DNA from: a virus
Taxonomy: Duplodnaviria; Caudoviricetes
Direction: 5' to 3' (one strand)
DNA length: 61,007 nt
IMG/VR virus record: IMGVR_UViG_3300028610_000483
Coordinates: 1 to 61,007 of that record
Shown here in pieces: positions 18,319 through 27,229 of this stretch (positions are counted from its first letter, which is position 1; each line of letters begins with the position of its first letter). The notes beneath the pieces are model-generated. The model saw only the letters and a list, made by a program, of their open reading frames with translations. It was not told the DNA's origin and ran no database searches. The translations under genes and the position numbers were made by a program.

Positions 18319-19026
18319 TTAGTCTTGAATAAAATACCAATCGAGTAACTCTTGAATGATATCGGCTGGCACAATGACCCACATATGTTGAGCAACACCA
18401 AACATACTGTCATGCCAACCTTGACTCAGAATTCCGATTACTTTTCCTGCTTCGTTAATTACAGCCGATCCGCTATTACCTGGGGCGGCTGCTATTTGAA
18501 CCATCAATTCATTGTCTGTCACGTAACTAACATAACCTGTAGAACGAATTCGTGCGTAACCGATAGGATATCCAACCATTGCTACAGGATCACCGACTTG
18601 TGGTTGTTCTGAAACTAAATCAAGATCGGTATCAATCCAAGCTAAATTCTCGTGACGTTCGATCACAACAATGGCTACATCTTTCGATGCATGAGTATAT
18701 ACATCCAATACCGGAATTTCAAGTGCTTCGGCTTTGTGGTGAGAAAATAACCTCAAAACCATTTCACCACCAACCGAATGTTTTGCTGTTACAAAATAAA
18801 TGAACTTCTCATCTTTGGCTACCGCCCAAGCTGTAGAAGCTCCTGATTCAAATTCACGTTTGGAAACAATCTGAATAGTATTTTGCGTATGAACTGTTTG
18901 TATCAGTTCGTATGGTGTGACATCTACGTGTGTTGTATAATCTACGACAATTATTGCTGGCAAAAATAGCCACGCCGATATAGCTAGTCCTAACACTATA
19001 TCATAAACTATTTTAGTCAGCTTCAT
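18319..19026 (-). CDS. Membrane-anchored trypsin-like serine protease
   Basis: Catalytic triad TAKH / DVA / GNSGS; VGDPVAMVGYP; N-terminal TM or signal anchor. Confidence 0.9.
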   Translation of the reverse strand: MKLTKIVYDIVLGLAISAWLFLPAIIVVDYTTHVDVTPYELIQTVHTQNTIQIVSKREFESGASTAWAVAKDEKFIYFVTAKHSVGGEMVLRLFSHHKAEALEIPVLDVYTHASKDVAIVVIERHENLAWIDTDLDLVSEQPQVGDPVAMVGYPIGYARIRSTGYVSYVTDNELMVQIAAAPGNSGSAVINEAGKVIGILSQGWHDSMFGVAQHMWVIVPADIIQELLDWYFIQD

Positions 19027-19044
19027 ATTTTTGTCCGTAATAAA

Positions 19045-19697
19045 ATAGGGCCTAGAGTCTCCGAGCTACGGTAAGAACAGCTTCCTCAAGGGTTGCCATA
19101 CAGAACATCTAGGACTTACCTACGTAAAAGTAGACGGCGAGAATCTCAGACGCTCATAATAAACGAAGATACACCTGAGAAACCAGATCGGCTTTGTGGT
19201 TTACACATCAGCTCGATCAATATTGGCGTAACGTCTTACGCTCACCGCCCTGGACTACTTGGGTCTGCACCCAAACTGCTGACGACGCTCTCTGTAGCGA
19301 AAACGGCGCCGGAACTGTGCCTACACATGGCAGGTCAGCTACAAAAACACGGTGGTTGATTTGACTCAACTAGTGTGAGGAACACGCATTAGAGGCAGTT
19401 CCTTCAATCCTCACTATCCCTGCCGATCTGTCTGCGTCGCATGTCAATTAAGTCGCTACCGACTCCATGCTGCACCGCTAAAAATAAGGGGCCTTTTTTC
19501 TATTCGGGTTAGAAGGCTGAAGACCCTTAAACCTCCCGTTCAGTTACTTAACGATACTTAGTAATACTGAATTGTATACTCATCTCTTCCAGGGCGTTCA
19601 AACTGTGGTGCGAGACTCGTTGTTGTAACCCTTGAAACAGGTTATAGTTAGAACTCACACATCCTATCTCTAGTCATACAAAAAATTTGTAACTCCT
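19045..19697 (-). ncRNA. Candidate large structured non-coding RNA (~630-650 nt, multi-stem, pseudoknotted); family not assigned
   Basis: End-to-end helices, two crossing 9-bp long-range helices, about 10 local hairpins, most G-U pairs favouring the minus strand, an upstream promoter, and no credible ORF. Confidence 0.7.
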
Positions 19698-19703
19698 ACT
19701 TAT

Positions 19704-19738
19704 ATAATAAGACTTTCAGGACTACTTTTTCAACCCCC
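19704..19738 (-). promoter_or_regulatory. Leftward promoter for the ncRNA and late arm: GGGGG-TTGAAA-N18-TATTAT
   Basis: -35-like TTGAAA (19733-19728) and -10-like TATTAT (19709-19704); 16/17 identity to 31190-31206. Confidence 0.6.
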
Positions 19739-20066
19739 TCCTAAAACTTTTTTCTCAAATATATCGCAATACGGAATATTACTCAGGACTGATACTTCTC
19801 AGTCCGTCAACATTGTGCGTGACGCGGAGATTAGGTAGGTTCAATGCGGAGAAAAAATCGCCCAAAAATTCTGGCACCGTGGCTCGATCCTCAGAATGTG
19901 TGCATTCTTCAGAACTGATCGTCGTCAGTTCGAATTGAAAGAAAAGGTTTTCCCCCTATAACCCCCTTTCCAAAAGAAAGAAATAACTAATCTAATGACT
20001 ACTATACAGTAGTCTATCTTTTAAAGCCTTCGAGCCTCTACTGGCTCTCAGGCACCCCTTATATTA

Positions 20067-20102
20067 ATTATTATACTATAGCTTAAGCTATAGTATAATA
20101 AT
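20067..20102. repeat. Perfect 36-bp palindrome ATTATTATACTATAGCTTAAGCTATAGTATAATAAT
   Basis: Checked base by base; axis between 20084 and 20085; no loop. Confidence 0.95.
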
Positions 20103-20413
20103 ATAGTAGTTATGCACGACTGTTTAGACAGTCGCTAGTAATACAGAGGTATTACGCAGCACTTGGCATGCTGCTCTAATATAAAGCGCAGTTTAGTTTT
20201 TGATTGAGATTCTAGGTATATGTAAACTGTAGTTTACATTTAGTCTGAATTTTAGGTAAATATAAAACATCTTTTATGTAGCACTGACGAGGATCAGTGC
20301 CTAGCAATACTGAAGTATTATGTGGGAGAGGGGAAGAGCATTAGACCCTGGCATTAGGTTTTCAACACCCATCGTTATTTGTATTTTTTAGTAGTATATA
20401 GTAAAGTTTTTGT

Positions 20414-20455
20414 ATTGTAAACCTTTTGGACATACATTGTAAACTTATGGACATA
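20414..20455 (+). repeat. Tandem direct repeat ATTGTAAAC(C)TT(T/A)TGGACATA x2
   Basis: Copies at 20414-20434 and 20436-20455. Confidence 0.8.
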
Positions 20456-20855
20456 ACCTGTTGTTATTATTATAGTTAGTTGTGTCAAATTATGTGTCAA
20501 CATGGGTGTCTACACCACAAACGAGGATTTGTGGCTCTGCACGATATACGTGCTACTCGGAATGGGGTCAAAAGGGTTCTCGTATTCGTCGAAAGACGAA
20601 CTCATTATAGGAATTTTACCCTGTCGTGTGTCGGTAGTGAGCTATACAGGAATTGACTACCTTAAAATGGTCTGAGAATTAACCCCCCTCCCCTAACCTA
20701 GTGCTATCAATTGGGGTTGGTGTTCGCATACTATAAGGAGTAAGCGAATCAATTAGACATTTGTCTATCACTTTTCTTTAACCCAGCAGAATTATGATAT
20801 AACTTCTTTACTCCCAATAGGTTACAACTCATTTTATACTATCTCTATCTAGCTC

Positions 20856-20883
20856 TTGACAAGGGTAAGGCTTAAGGCATACT
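20856..20883 (+). promoter_or_regulatory. Sigma70-type early promoter TTGACA-N16-CATACT
   Basis: At the start of the plus arm; same architecture as the three promoters downstream. Confidence 0.65.
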
Positions 20884-20889
20884 TGAGGT

Positions 20890-21006
20890 ATGGCAACACT
20901 AGCATACAGACTGATTGAGAGGCTTGACGGGGAACGCGGGGTAAAGCTGATACCCTACAGAGTAGCACAGCCTATTAAGGTCTGGTTGCTACTACACATC
21001 AGATAG
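20890..21006 (+). CDS. 38-aa early protein MATLAYRLIERLDG..., possibly leaderless
   Basis: ATG lies 7 nt after the -10 element. Confidence 0.45.
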   Translation: MATLAYRLIERLDGERGVKLIPYRVAQPIKVWLLLHIR

Positions 21007-21782
21007 GAGATACTACAGTGATTAGATACGAGGTCATCAAGGACTCACGTAACGACAAGGTATACCTAGACCATGCAGGTAGTATTATACGTAACTTTGA
21101 AACAGTCTTGAAAGGCTACCACAGCAAGCAGCTTGCTACCACGATGTTTCCTAATGCGATTGATATAACCAACGAGGCTTAGACCACAATGCAAACGATT
21201 AGATACTATACCAGAGAGAGCTACGGCAATGTCCACTGTTACCCACTCGACCACGTAAAGAACATCAGACAGCTAACAGGCCGTAAGACACTGATTGCAG
21301 CAGACGTAACAGCATTACGCGGGATGGGTTTTAAATTTGAGCGTGTGTTACAACCGGAGGCCGCTACAATATGAATACACTAACCACAGAAAGAGCGCAG
21401 TGGATTCGAGAAGGTAGCCATAGACAGACGTTTACAGTAGAAGGTAAGGTAAGAGGTAGGATTGAGCGCGACGGTATACAGTGGCTTGCTAGGACAAGGA
21501 ACAGTGTTCTATGGTTTGAGACAGAGACACAAGCAAAGGTATACATAGAGCGTAACGGCTTCTAAACAGACACCACTAAAACAGGAGACAACACACCATG
21601 AAAACTGAATTTAACATCTATGAAGTTAAGACCGTTGACGTTGGCACTGTTCGCACTATCATCGGCACACCCGATACTTATGAACGAGAGATACGTATCA
21701 GCTCTCGTGATGCCAATTTTGGGGATGCACTTGTTGTAGTATTGAAGTCGTACAACGCACTTGATTTAGTCATATAATCTTG

Positions 21783-21835
21783 AGCCATGCCCCGCAAGGG
21801 GCAGTAAAAGCCATGACGGGTGGCAAGGCCCGTCA
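21783..21835 (+). promoter_or_regulatory. Tandem intergenic hairpins, each opened by AGCCATG and containing GCAA in the loop
   Basis: TGCCCC-GCAA-GGGGCA (21788-21803) and TGACGGGT-GGCAAG-GCCCGTCA (21814-21835). Confidence 0.6.
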
Positions 21836-23476
21836 AACAGGAGGTATAGAGAGATGCTTACATTGTATGTGCCAACAGACAGCAGCACAGATGCAAGAGG
21901 CTATTGGAAAGACAAAGCTGGAAAGACACACCAAGACAATATCTCTTTTGTTGATGTTGAAGGATGGATAGAAGCAGGTAAAGGCGCACAGCACCTATTT
22001 ACAGAAGGGGAAGAGTGCGTAGCCATTGAAGACAAAGAAACGAACACACTGTATTTACTCTATCCTAATACGCCTTCTGACATCCTACACAAGCGGATAG
22101 AGAGCAAAGACACTAAGCAGAACAGAGAACGACATTTAGACGCTTATGGAGGGTTCACGTGTTCCGGCGGTTTTATTTATAGTTACAGATAGACTAAAAA
22201 CAAGCTAACAACAGGTTAGACACACGTTAGATACATGCTAGACTAACAGGAGATAACACGTCATGAATACAGCACAGACCGATTTAAAAAAAGAATGCTT
22301 GAGTTGTTTATACCTTGCCACACATGAGCAATGTGGTAAAATAGGCTCAGAAAGTTATTGCTTAGGTCAAACAGGAGAGTCTAACCAGTATAAAAATTGG
22401 GTTGGGGCCACAGTTGAACAGGCTTTAGCTAGACAGACTGAACTTGAGCGAAACGGAAAACGCAGTATAGTTATAGGCGGTATAGGGGAAGCCGAAGTAA
22501 GCACGAATGACACACCAGAACAAGCATTCGAACAGCTTGTGTATGTGGCTGAGCAATGCGGCTATGTGGTTAGTAAAGGAGCATGGCACAACGGCTGTAA
22601 AGAGATTTTTGTTTGGACTGACGCACAACATAAACTGACATATATTAGTAACAAGTTATCTAGCATCATACGAGGCCACAGCTTAAAAATATGGACAGCA
22701 TAACAGGCTAACAGGAGGTAAAAGTTTATGGAACACTGTGACCAGTGCAACAAGAGCATTGACGGTAAATCAAGATATTATGACGGTCTAGTGTTATGCG
22801 TTATTTGCTTTGGCGTGGTTTTGGAAAACTTGAGGTCATGTCGAGCACGTTAACATAGGTAACACGGCACACACGAATCTGGTGAATGGTTCGACGGTTA
22901 CGACCACGAGTAGATACAATCTTGATTGAGTGACACAAACCTAAACCATTACAATAAGGAATAACAGGTAATGAGAACACGTGGAATTAGTAGAGCTGAA
23001 TTGAACCGAATACACACTAATATATTTGAACGTGCATTTTGGGCGGGATATATTACTGTTATACCTTTGCTACCTGTTCCTATGAAATGGCAAAGAAATT
23101 TGTTCCCACCAAACAGCGAAGACGCTACAACGTGGAATAACAGCTATACATCAGGTGTAGTATATGCTGAATCAGAAAAATACACACTAGACTGACACAC
23201 AGCACGTCAAACAGACATTTATTTAAAGTAGATGTCAATAGCCTAAAGCTATTAAGGAGCAGCAGTCATGTCTAAATACAAAATAGAAATGATGGAAACT
23301 AGATATAGATTTCAAACCATAGAAGTTGAGGCAGACAACGAACACGACGCCGAAGACCTTGCCTACTGCCATTCTTTAGACGGTGAATGGCAACCACGTG
23401 AGAATGATCACGAGACAGACATCAATATAGATTCAATGACAGAACTTGATTGACATCAACAAACATCAAGTGAAAT

Positions 23477-23504
23477 TTGACAATTACAAAAGCTGTGCTA
23501 TACT
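23477..23504 (+). promoter_or_regulatory. Sigma70-type promoter TTGACA-N16-TATACT with extended -10 (TGc)
   Basis: Intergenic, near-consensus. Confidence 0.8.
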
Positions 23505-24049
23505 TGAGTTAGGAAGGATAAGACAATGGCAAAACAATTTGAGGTATATGGTGGTTATGATAATGATAACGAACAGGAATTTCATAAAGTTGTTAAAACA
23601 GTTGATAACGATCAGGTAACAATCGCAGATTTTTACGGTGTGCCTAATCCAGAGTTGGTGTTATTTATCAGAATGCTAGAGCAAGAGGGATGGGAACAAC
23701 TAAACCCTATCATCTAGGATAACTCACTATGAGAAAACTCACATACGACACAAAATCAAAACAGATTTATGAATCATGCCAATCACATGCAATACAGATT
23801 CTAAACAAGGGCCATGTGTTTGATGATTGTGTGCGTGGGGTGGTGACGGATGATGGCACGTTGTATATTCGCGTGGCTTCCTTAGATCATATAGAGAATT
23901 TCAACCGTCAATTTGACGCATGTATTGCATGGGGGTTTGAATCAAAGTTAGCACATTTCGATTCGACGCAGGATATAATCAGACGCAGAACTAGCGAATA
24001 CGTCTTATAATAGACGTATATCGCAACTGACGTTTAGGGAGTATGTAGT

Positions 24050-24571
24050 ATGACAAAAACAGAAATCGAACAAAAAGCATTTGCTTTGATGGGTGTGTAT
24101 GGACTGCTTGAAAAGGGGTGGTCGTTTGAATTTGGTCGAACCAGTATGACATCCGTCAGAGCCAAGTGTATGTATCATATCAAAACAATTCGTATGTCTC
24201 CACGTCTAGCACATGATGTTGACGCACAAGTTGTGAATACAATCTTGCATGAGATTGCACATGCTATGCTACCAGAAGGCTACGGACATAACAGAGCATG
24301 GCAAAACCTTGCAATACACATCGGTTCGAGTGGCGAACGATGCACTGCTCCTGAATTTGAACGTGGAGCACGCCGAGAAGATTTAGTTGTTGGTCAGCAT
24401 GTCAAAATCAATCCAGAGATATTGAGAAAAGCTAGACACAAAAAGTATGTCAATCGGGTTGGTGTGCTTCAAAAAGTCAATCGAAAAAATGTGGAAGTTG
24501 CGTTTGTAGCAGACCACGATATATGGACTTTGGGTGTTCCTATCCAACAAATTGAAATCGTGAAGGAGTAA
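24050..24571 (+). CDS. SprT-like zinc metalloprotease with an SH3-like C-terminus
   Basis: TILHEIAH...GHNRAW...IG motif. Confidence 0.85.
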   Translation: MTKTEIEQKAFALMGVYGLLEKGWSFEFGRTSMTSVRAKCMYHIKTIRMSPRLAHDVDAQVVNTILHEIAHAMLPEGYGHNRAWQNLAIHIGSSGERCTAPEFERGARREDLVVGQHVKINPEILRKARHKKYVNRVGVLQKVNRKNVEVAFVADHDIWTLGVPIQQIEIVKE

Positions 24572-24918
24572 ATCATATGTCAGACGACATCATAAATGAC
24601 ACACCAGAACAAACAGAGTATGACTATCAACGTGCTATATGGCTAAAAGATAATGGAACTATGGTTGGTTTCGATTTGTGGTTTCAGAGCAAAGGCCCAC
24701 TATTAGCTACTAGCACCATGAGTGCAAAAGAACGGGATGTAGTTTACACGGCTAGAGCAGCCGTAAGAGCATGGAAAGTCGATAAAGTGTGCGAAGAGAG
24801 AATGAACGGTTTTATGGCTGATTTGGAACAATCCGTTTGGAACGCTACCCATAAGGAGCAGTGGGTAGACTAATCTCGTATGTTAAATTGTTAGATACAT
24901 AACATTAAGGAGTAAATC

Positions 24919-25404
24919 ATGGCCGTATTACCAATCGTAAAATACCCTGCTTCTGTGTTGCGGAAAAAAGCAACAGACGTGCCACGTGAAGCTATAATTT
25001 TGCACTACTATTTTATACAAGACATGATTGACACAATGAAAGCTAACGAAGGGATAGGACTAGCATCTCCACAAGTTGGAAACAGCGAACAGATTATACT
25101 TGCGTCATACAAAACAGGTATTGACCCTATGGTTTTGATTAACCCACGAATTAGTAGCGTGGATGGCCCAACAGAAACAATGGTCGAGGGTTGCTTAAGC
25201 TTTCCATATTTACAAGTAGCCGTGACACGTCCTAAAGATTTTGTAGTGCATTACTTAGACGAAAAGGGTAAGGAACACCGCAAGATTGTGGGTGGTTTGT
25301 TAGGTAGAGTCATTCTACATGAGATAGACCACTTAGACGGTAAGCTACTCATTGACCGTTTACCATTTTGGCAGAGATTGAAATACCGATATGCAAGGCG
25401 TTGA
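24919..25404 (+). CDS. def: Peptide deformylase
   Basis: All three PDF motifs present: GIGLASPQVG, EGCLSFP, HEIDHLDG. Confidence 0.97.
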   Translation: MAVLPIVKYPASVLRKKATDVPREAIILHYYFIQDMIDTMKANEGIGLASPQVGNSEQIILASYKTGIDPMVLINPRISSVDGPTETMVEGCLSFPYLQVAVTRPKDFVVHYLDEKGKEHRKIVGGLLGRVILHEIDHLDGKLLIDRLPFWQRLKYRYARR

Positions 25405-25578
25405 TATGAAATGTTATACATGTGACGAACAAGAGACACAACACCACATAGAACTATATACAATCGGTTCAGAAGGAACAAGATTGTGTAATGATTGCAG
25501 GAACATACTCACAGAGTTTTGTCGAACCATGCATAGAATCAATAGTCACAGACACTTCAAAAAAGATCGTGACAGCTC

Positions 25579-25606
25579 TTGACAATCGAGAAAGTCATGG
25601 TATACT
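25579..25606 (+). promoter_or_regulatory. Sigma70-type promoter TTGACA-N16-TATACT with extended -10 (TGg)
   Basis: Near-consensus; followed by a ~190-nt untranslated stretch. Confidence 0.8.
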
Positions 25607-25611
25607 TAAAT

Positions 25612-25782
25612 AGCGTCCAGACAGTATTAAAACTACTACAGTAAGACAAAACGCCAAAAGTAGTGAACGACGATGAGCTATGCTAGTGTAGGATTTGGCT
25701 AGTCTCTTATACTTGAATGTGCCAGCGCGTATGAAGGGTTAAACGGACTCCAAGGGTGCATAGGAGCTACACTAGTTTTTAT
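25612..25782 (+). ncRNA. Candidate sRNA or structured 5' leader
   Basis: Promoter upstream; ACTACT/AGTAGT (25632-37/25659-64); CTAGTGTAG/CTACACTAG (25683-91/25767-75) followed by TTTTT. Confidence 0.35.
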
Positions 25783-25800
25783 TCAATCAAAGGAGCCAAC

Positions 25801-26982
25801 ATGTTAGTGCAACTAGAGCAATTGAAAGAAGCAGAAGATAAGTTAGAGAAGGTATTTCGGTGGTTGGAAACGCAGACGTTAGATTTAGGACGTTCATTGT
25901 TGCTTCATTTAGTCGAGAGTGAAACCAAGGCACGTTTACACAGCGTTAAGTTAGAGATCAACAAAGTTGTTGAAAGAAACAGGATAAAAAATGACGGTGA
26001 TTGAACAAGCTATACAAATTATTGATGCTGCTATTCAAGAATGGGAACAGGAAACCACTGTTACATCAACCAATACAGAATCGTTACGTTATGCAAAAAC
26101 GTTACAAGAGGAAATTAGGACAAACAGAAAAGCATGGCACCAAATCAAACTTGCTATTTCGACAGTAGGAGATATAGATGTATAATTGGCTACTCAATAC
26201 ATTACTAATTATAGTTGGTTTTATAACAGGTTCAACAATTGTGTTTTCATTTGTTCCAGAAGATACAAGTATGAACAAAAAATTGATTGGTTTGTTAGTA
26301 ATTTCAGCATGGGCCGGATTTTTAGTGACGGTTATCAAATAGGAGTTATTATGGCTTACCAATTAGATATTGTTGATCAGATCATAATGTGGGAATCTGG
26401 TGAAATGAACAACGAACAGGTGTTAGAATTTTTTAGTGAACTCGTTAAGACAGACCGAGCATGGGTATTGCAAGGTAGCTATGGTAGAACAGCCAGAGGT
26501 TTAATTGATGCTGGCTATCTGTCTGAACAAGGTGAGATTTTAAGGAATCCTGATGATGCTTGATTTTATTAAATTAGTATTGGTTTGTATCAATTTGATG
26601 CTAACTGGTGTTCTATTATATCAGGTATACTTACTACGTTCTGTATGTCCTGTAAAACGAAAGGCAACATCTGTGCCTGTATCACTTGAGGACATTGTTT
26701 ACAACGAATTAGTATTTGTTCGGGGTATTGTGCCTACCGAAGAAACACTAGAGGCAGAGATGAGAGCATATGAGGACTATCTCAATGATGTTTCTCAGGA
26801 AGTCGAGGACGAATTCGATGATTATGACATGTAACTGCAAACATCCATTTCAAGATAGACGATACGGAACAAACAAACGTGTGTTTAATCACACAACCAA
26901 AGGCGGTGGCAATTCGAACGCCTACCGTTGCACTGTCTGTCTCAGAGAAAAGAACAGTGAAGCACAAAGACGTTATAATTAA
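25801..26982 (+). other. Cluster of small hypothetical ORFs (25801..26004, 25991..26185, 26351..26563, 26553..26834 with TM, and a Cys-rich ORF ending 26982)
   Basis: RBS-supported or translationally coupled short ORFs. Confidence 0.65.
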
Positions 26983-26989
26983 GGTGAAT

Positions 26990-27018
26990 TTGACAAAATA
27001 GGAAAGGTGTGGTATACT
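26990..27018 (+). promoter_or_regulatory. Sigma70-type promoter TTGACA-N17-TATACT with extended -10
   Basis: Near-consensus; ATG at 27025 sits at the expected +1. Confidence 0.85.
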
Positions 27019-27024
27019 TGGTGT

Positions 27025-27216
27025 ATGAAAACAAAACGACGAGGCAGACCAAAAGGCAGTAAGAATCGAATCACACTAGAAAACTTTGTGTATGTCACAT
27101 GTGGATGTGGTAGGGAAGTTGGAATCACGAAACGTATAGCCGAAGAGAATCCTGAACAGATGGAGAACTTTGTCTGTCTACTTTGCAAAACGAAACTCAA
27201 AAGTCGAACAAGATAA
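27025..27216 (+). CDS. AT-hook plus Cys4 zinc-finger small DNA-binding protein, probably leaderless
   Basis: KRRGRPKGSKNR; CGCG...CLLC; no Shine-Dalgarno. Confidence 0.7.
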   Translation: MKTKRRGRPKGSKNRITLENFVYVTCGCGREVGITKRIAEENPEQMENFVCLLCKTKLKSRTR

Positions 27217-27229
27217 TATAGGAGACGTT

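Larger units (their letters stand above)
21018..24010 (+). other. Array of about 13 small early ORFs (e.g. 21018..21182, 21189..21374, 21371..21565, 21854..22192, 22263..22703, 22728..22853, 22971..23195, 23268..23453, 23526..23717, 23729..24010); all hypothetical
   Basis: Co-oriented short ORFs, many with AGGAG/ACAGGAG RBS; typical host-takeover region. Confidence 0.7.

Noticed and set aside
19093-19359. 88-aa plus-strand ORF
   Set aside because: TTG start without RBS, antisense to the late arm, no motif, and it lies inside the structured RNA candidate.
19045-19697. tmRNA, RNase P RNA or group I/II intron identity for the large RNA
   Set aside because: I found no tRNA-like ends, no GAGGAAAGUCC-type P4 signature and no domain V, and it does not interrupt a gene. 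Not excluded without a covariance-model search.
22855-22915. tRNA suggested by GGTTCGA
   Set aside because: No T-stem, acceptor stem or cloverleaf around it. No tRNA genes were recognised in the window.
24861-24890. dif-like site (TATGTTAAAT here and near 42823; also ACATAA-N7-TTAT near 20450)
   Set aside because: Only one arm resembles dif; the XerC arm or spacer length does not fit, and the 42823 copy is a start-codon context.
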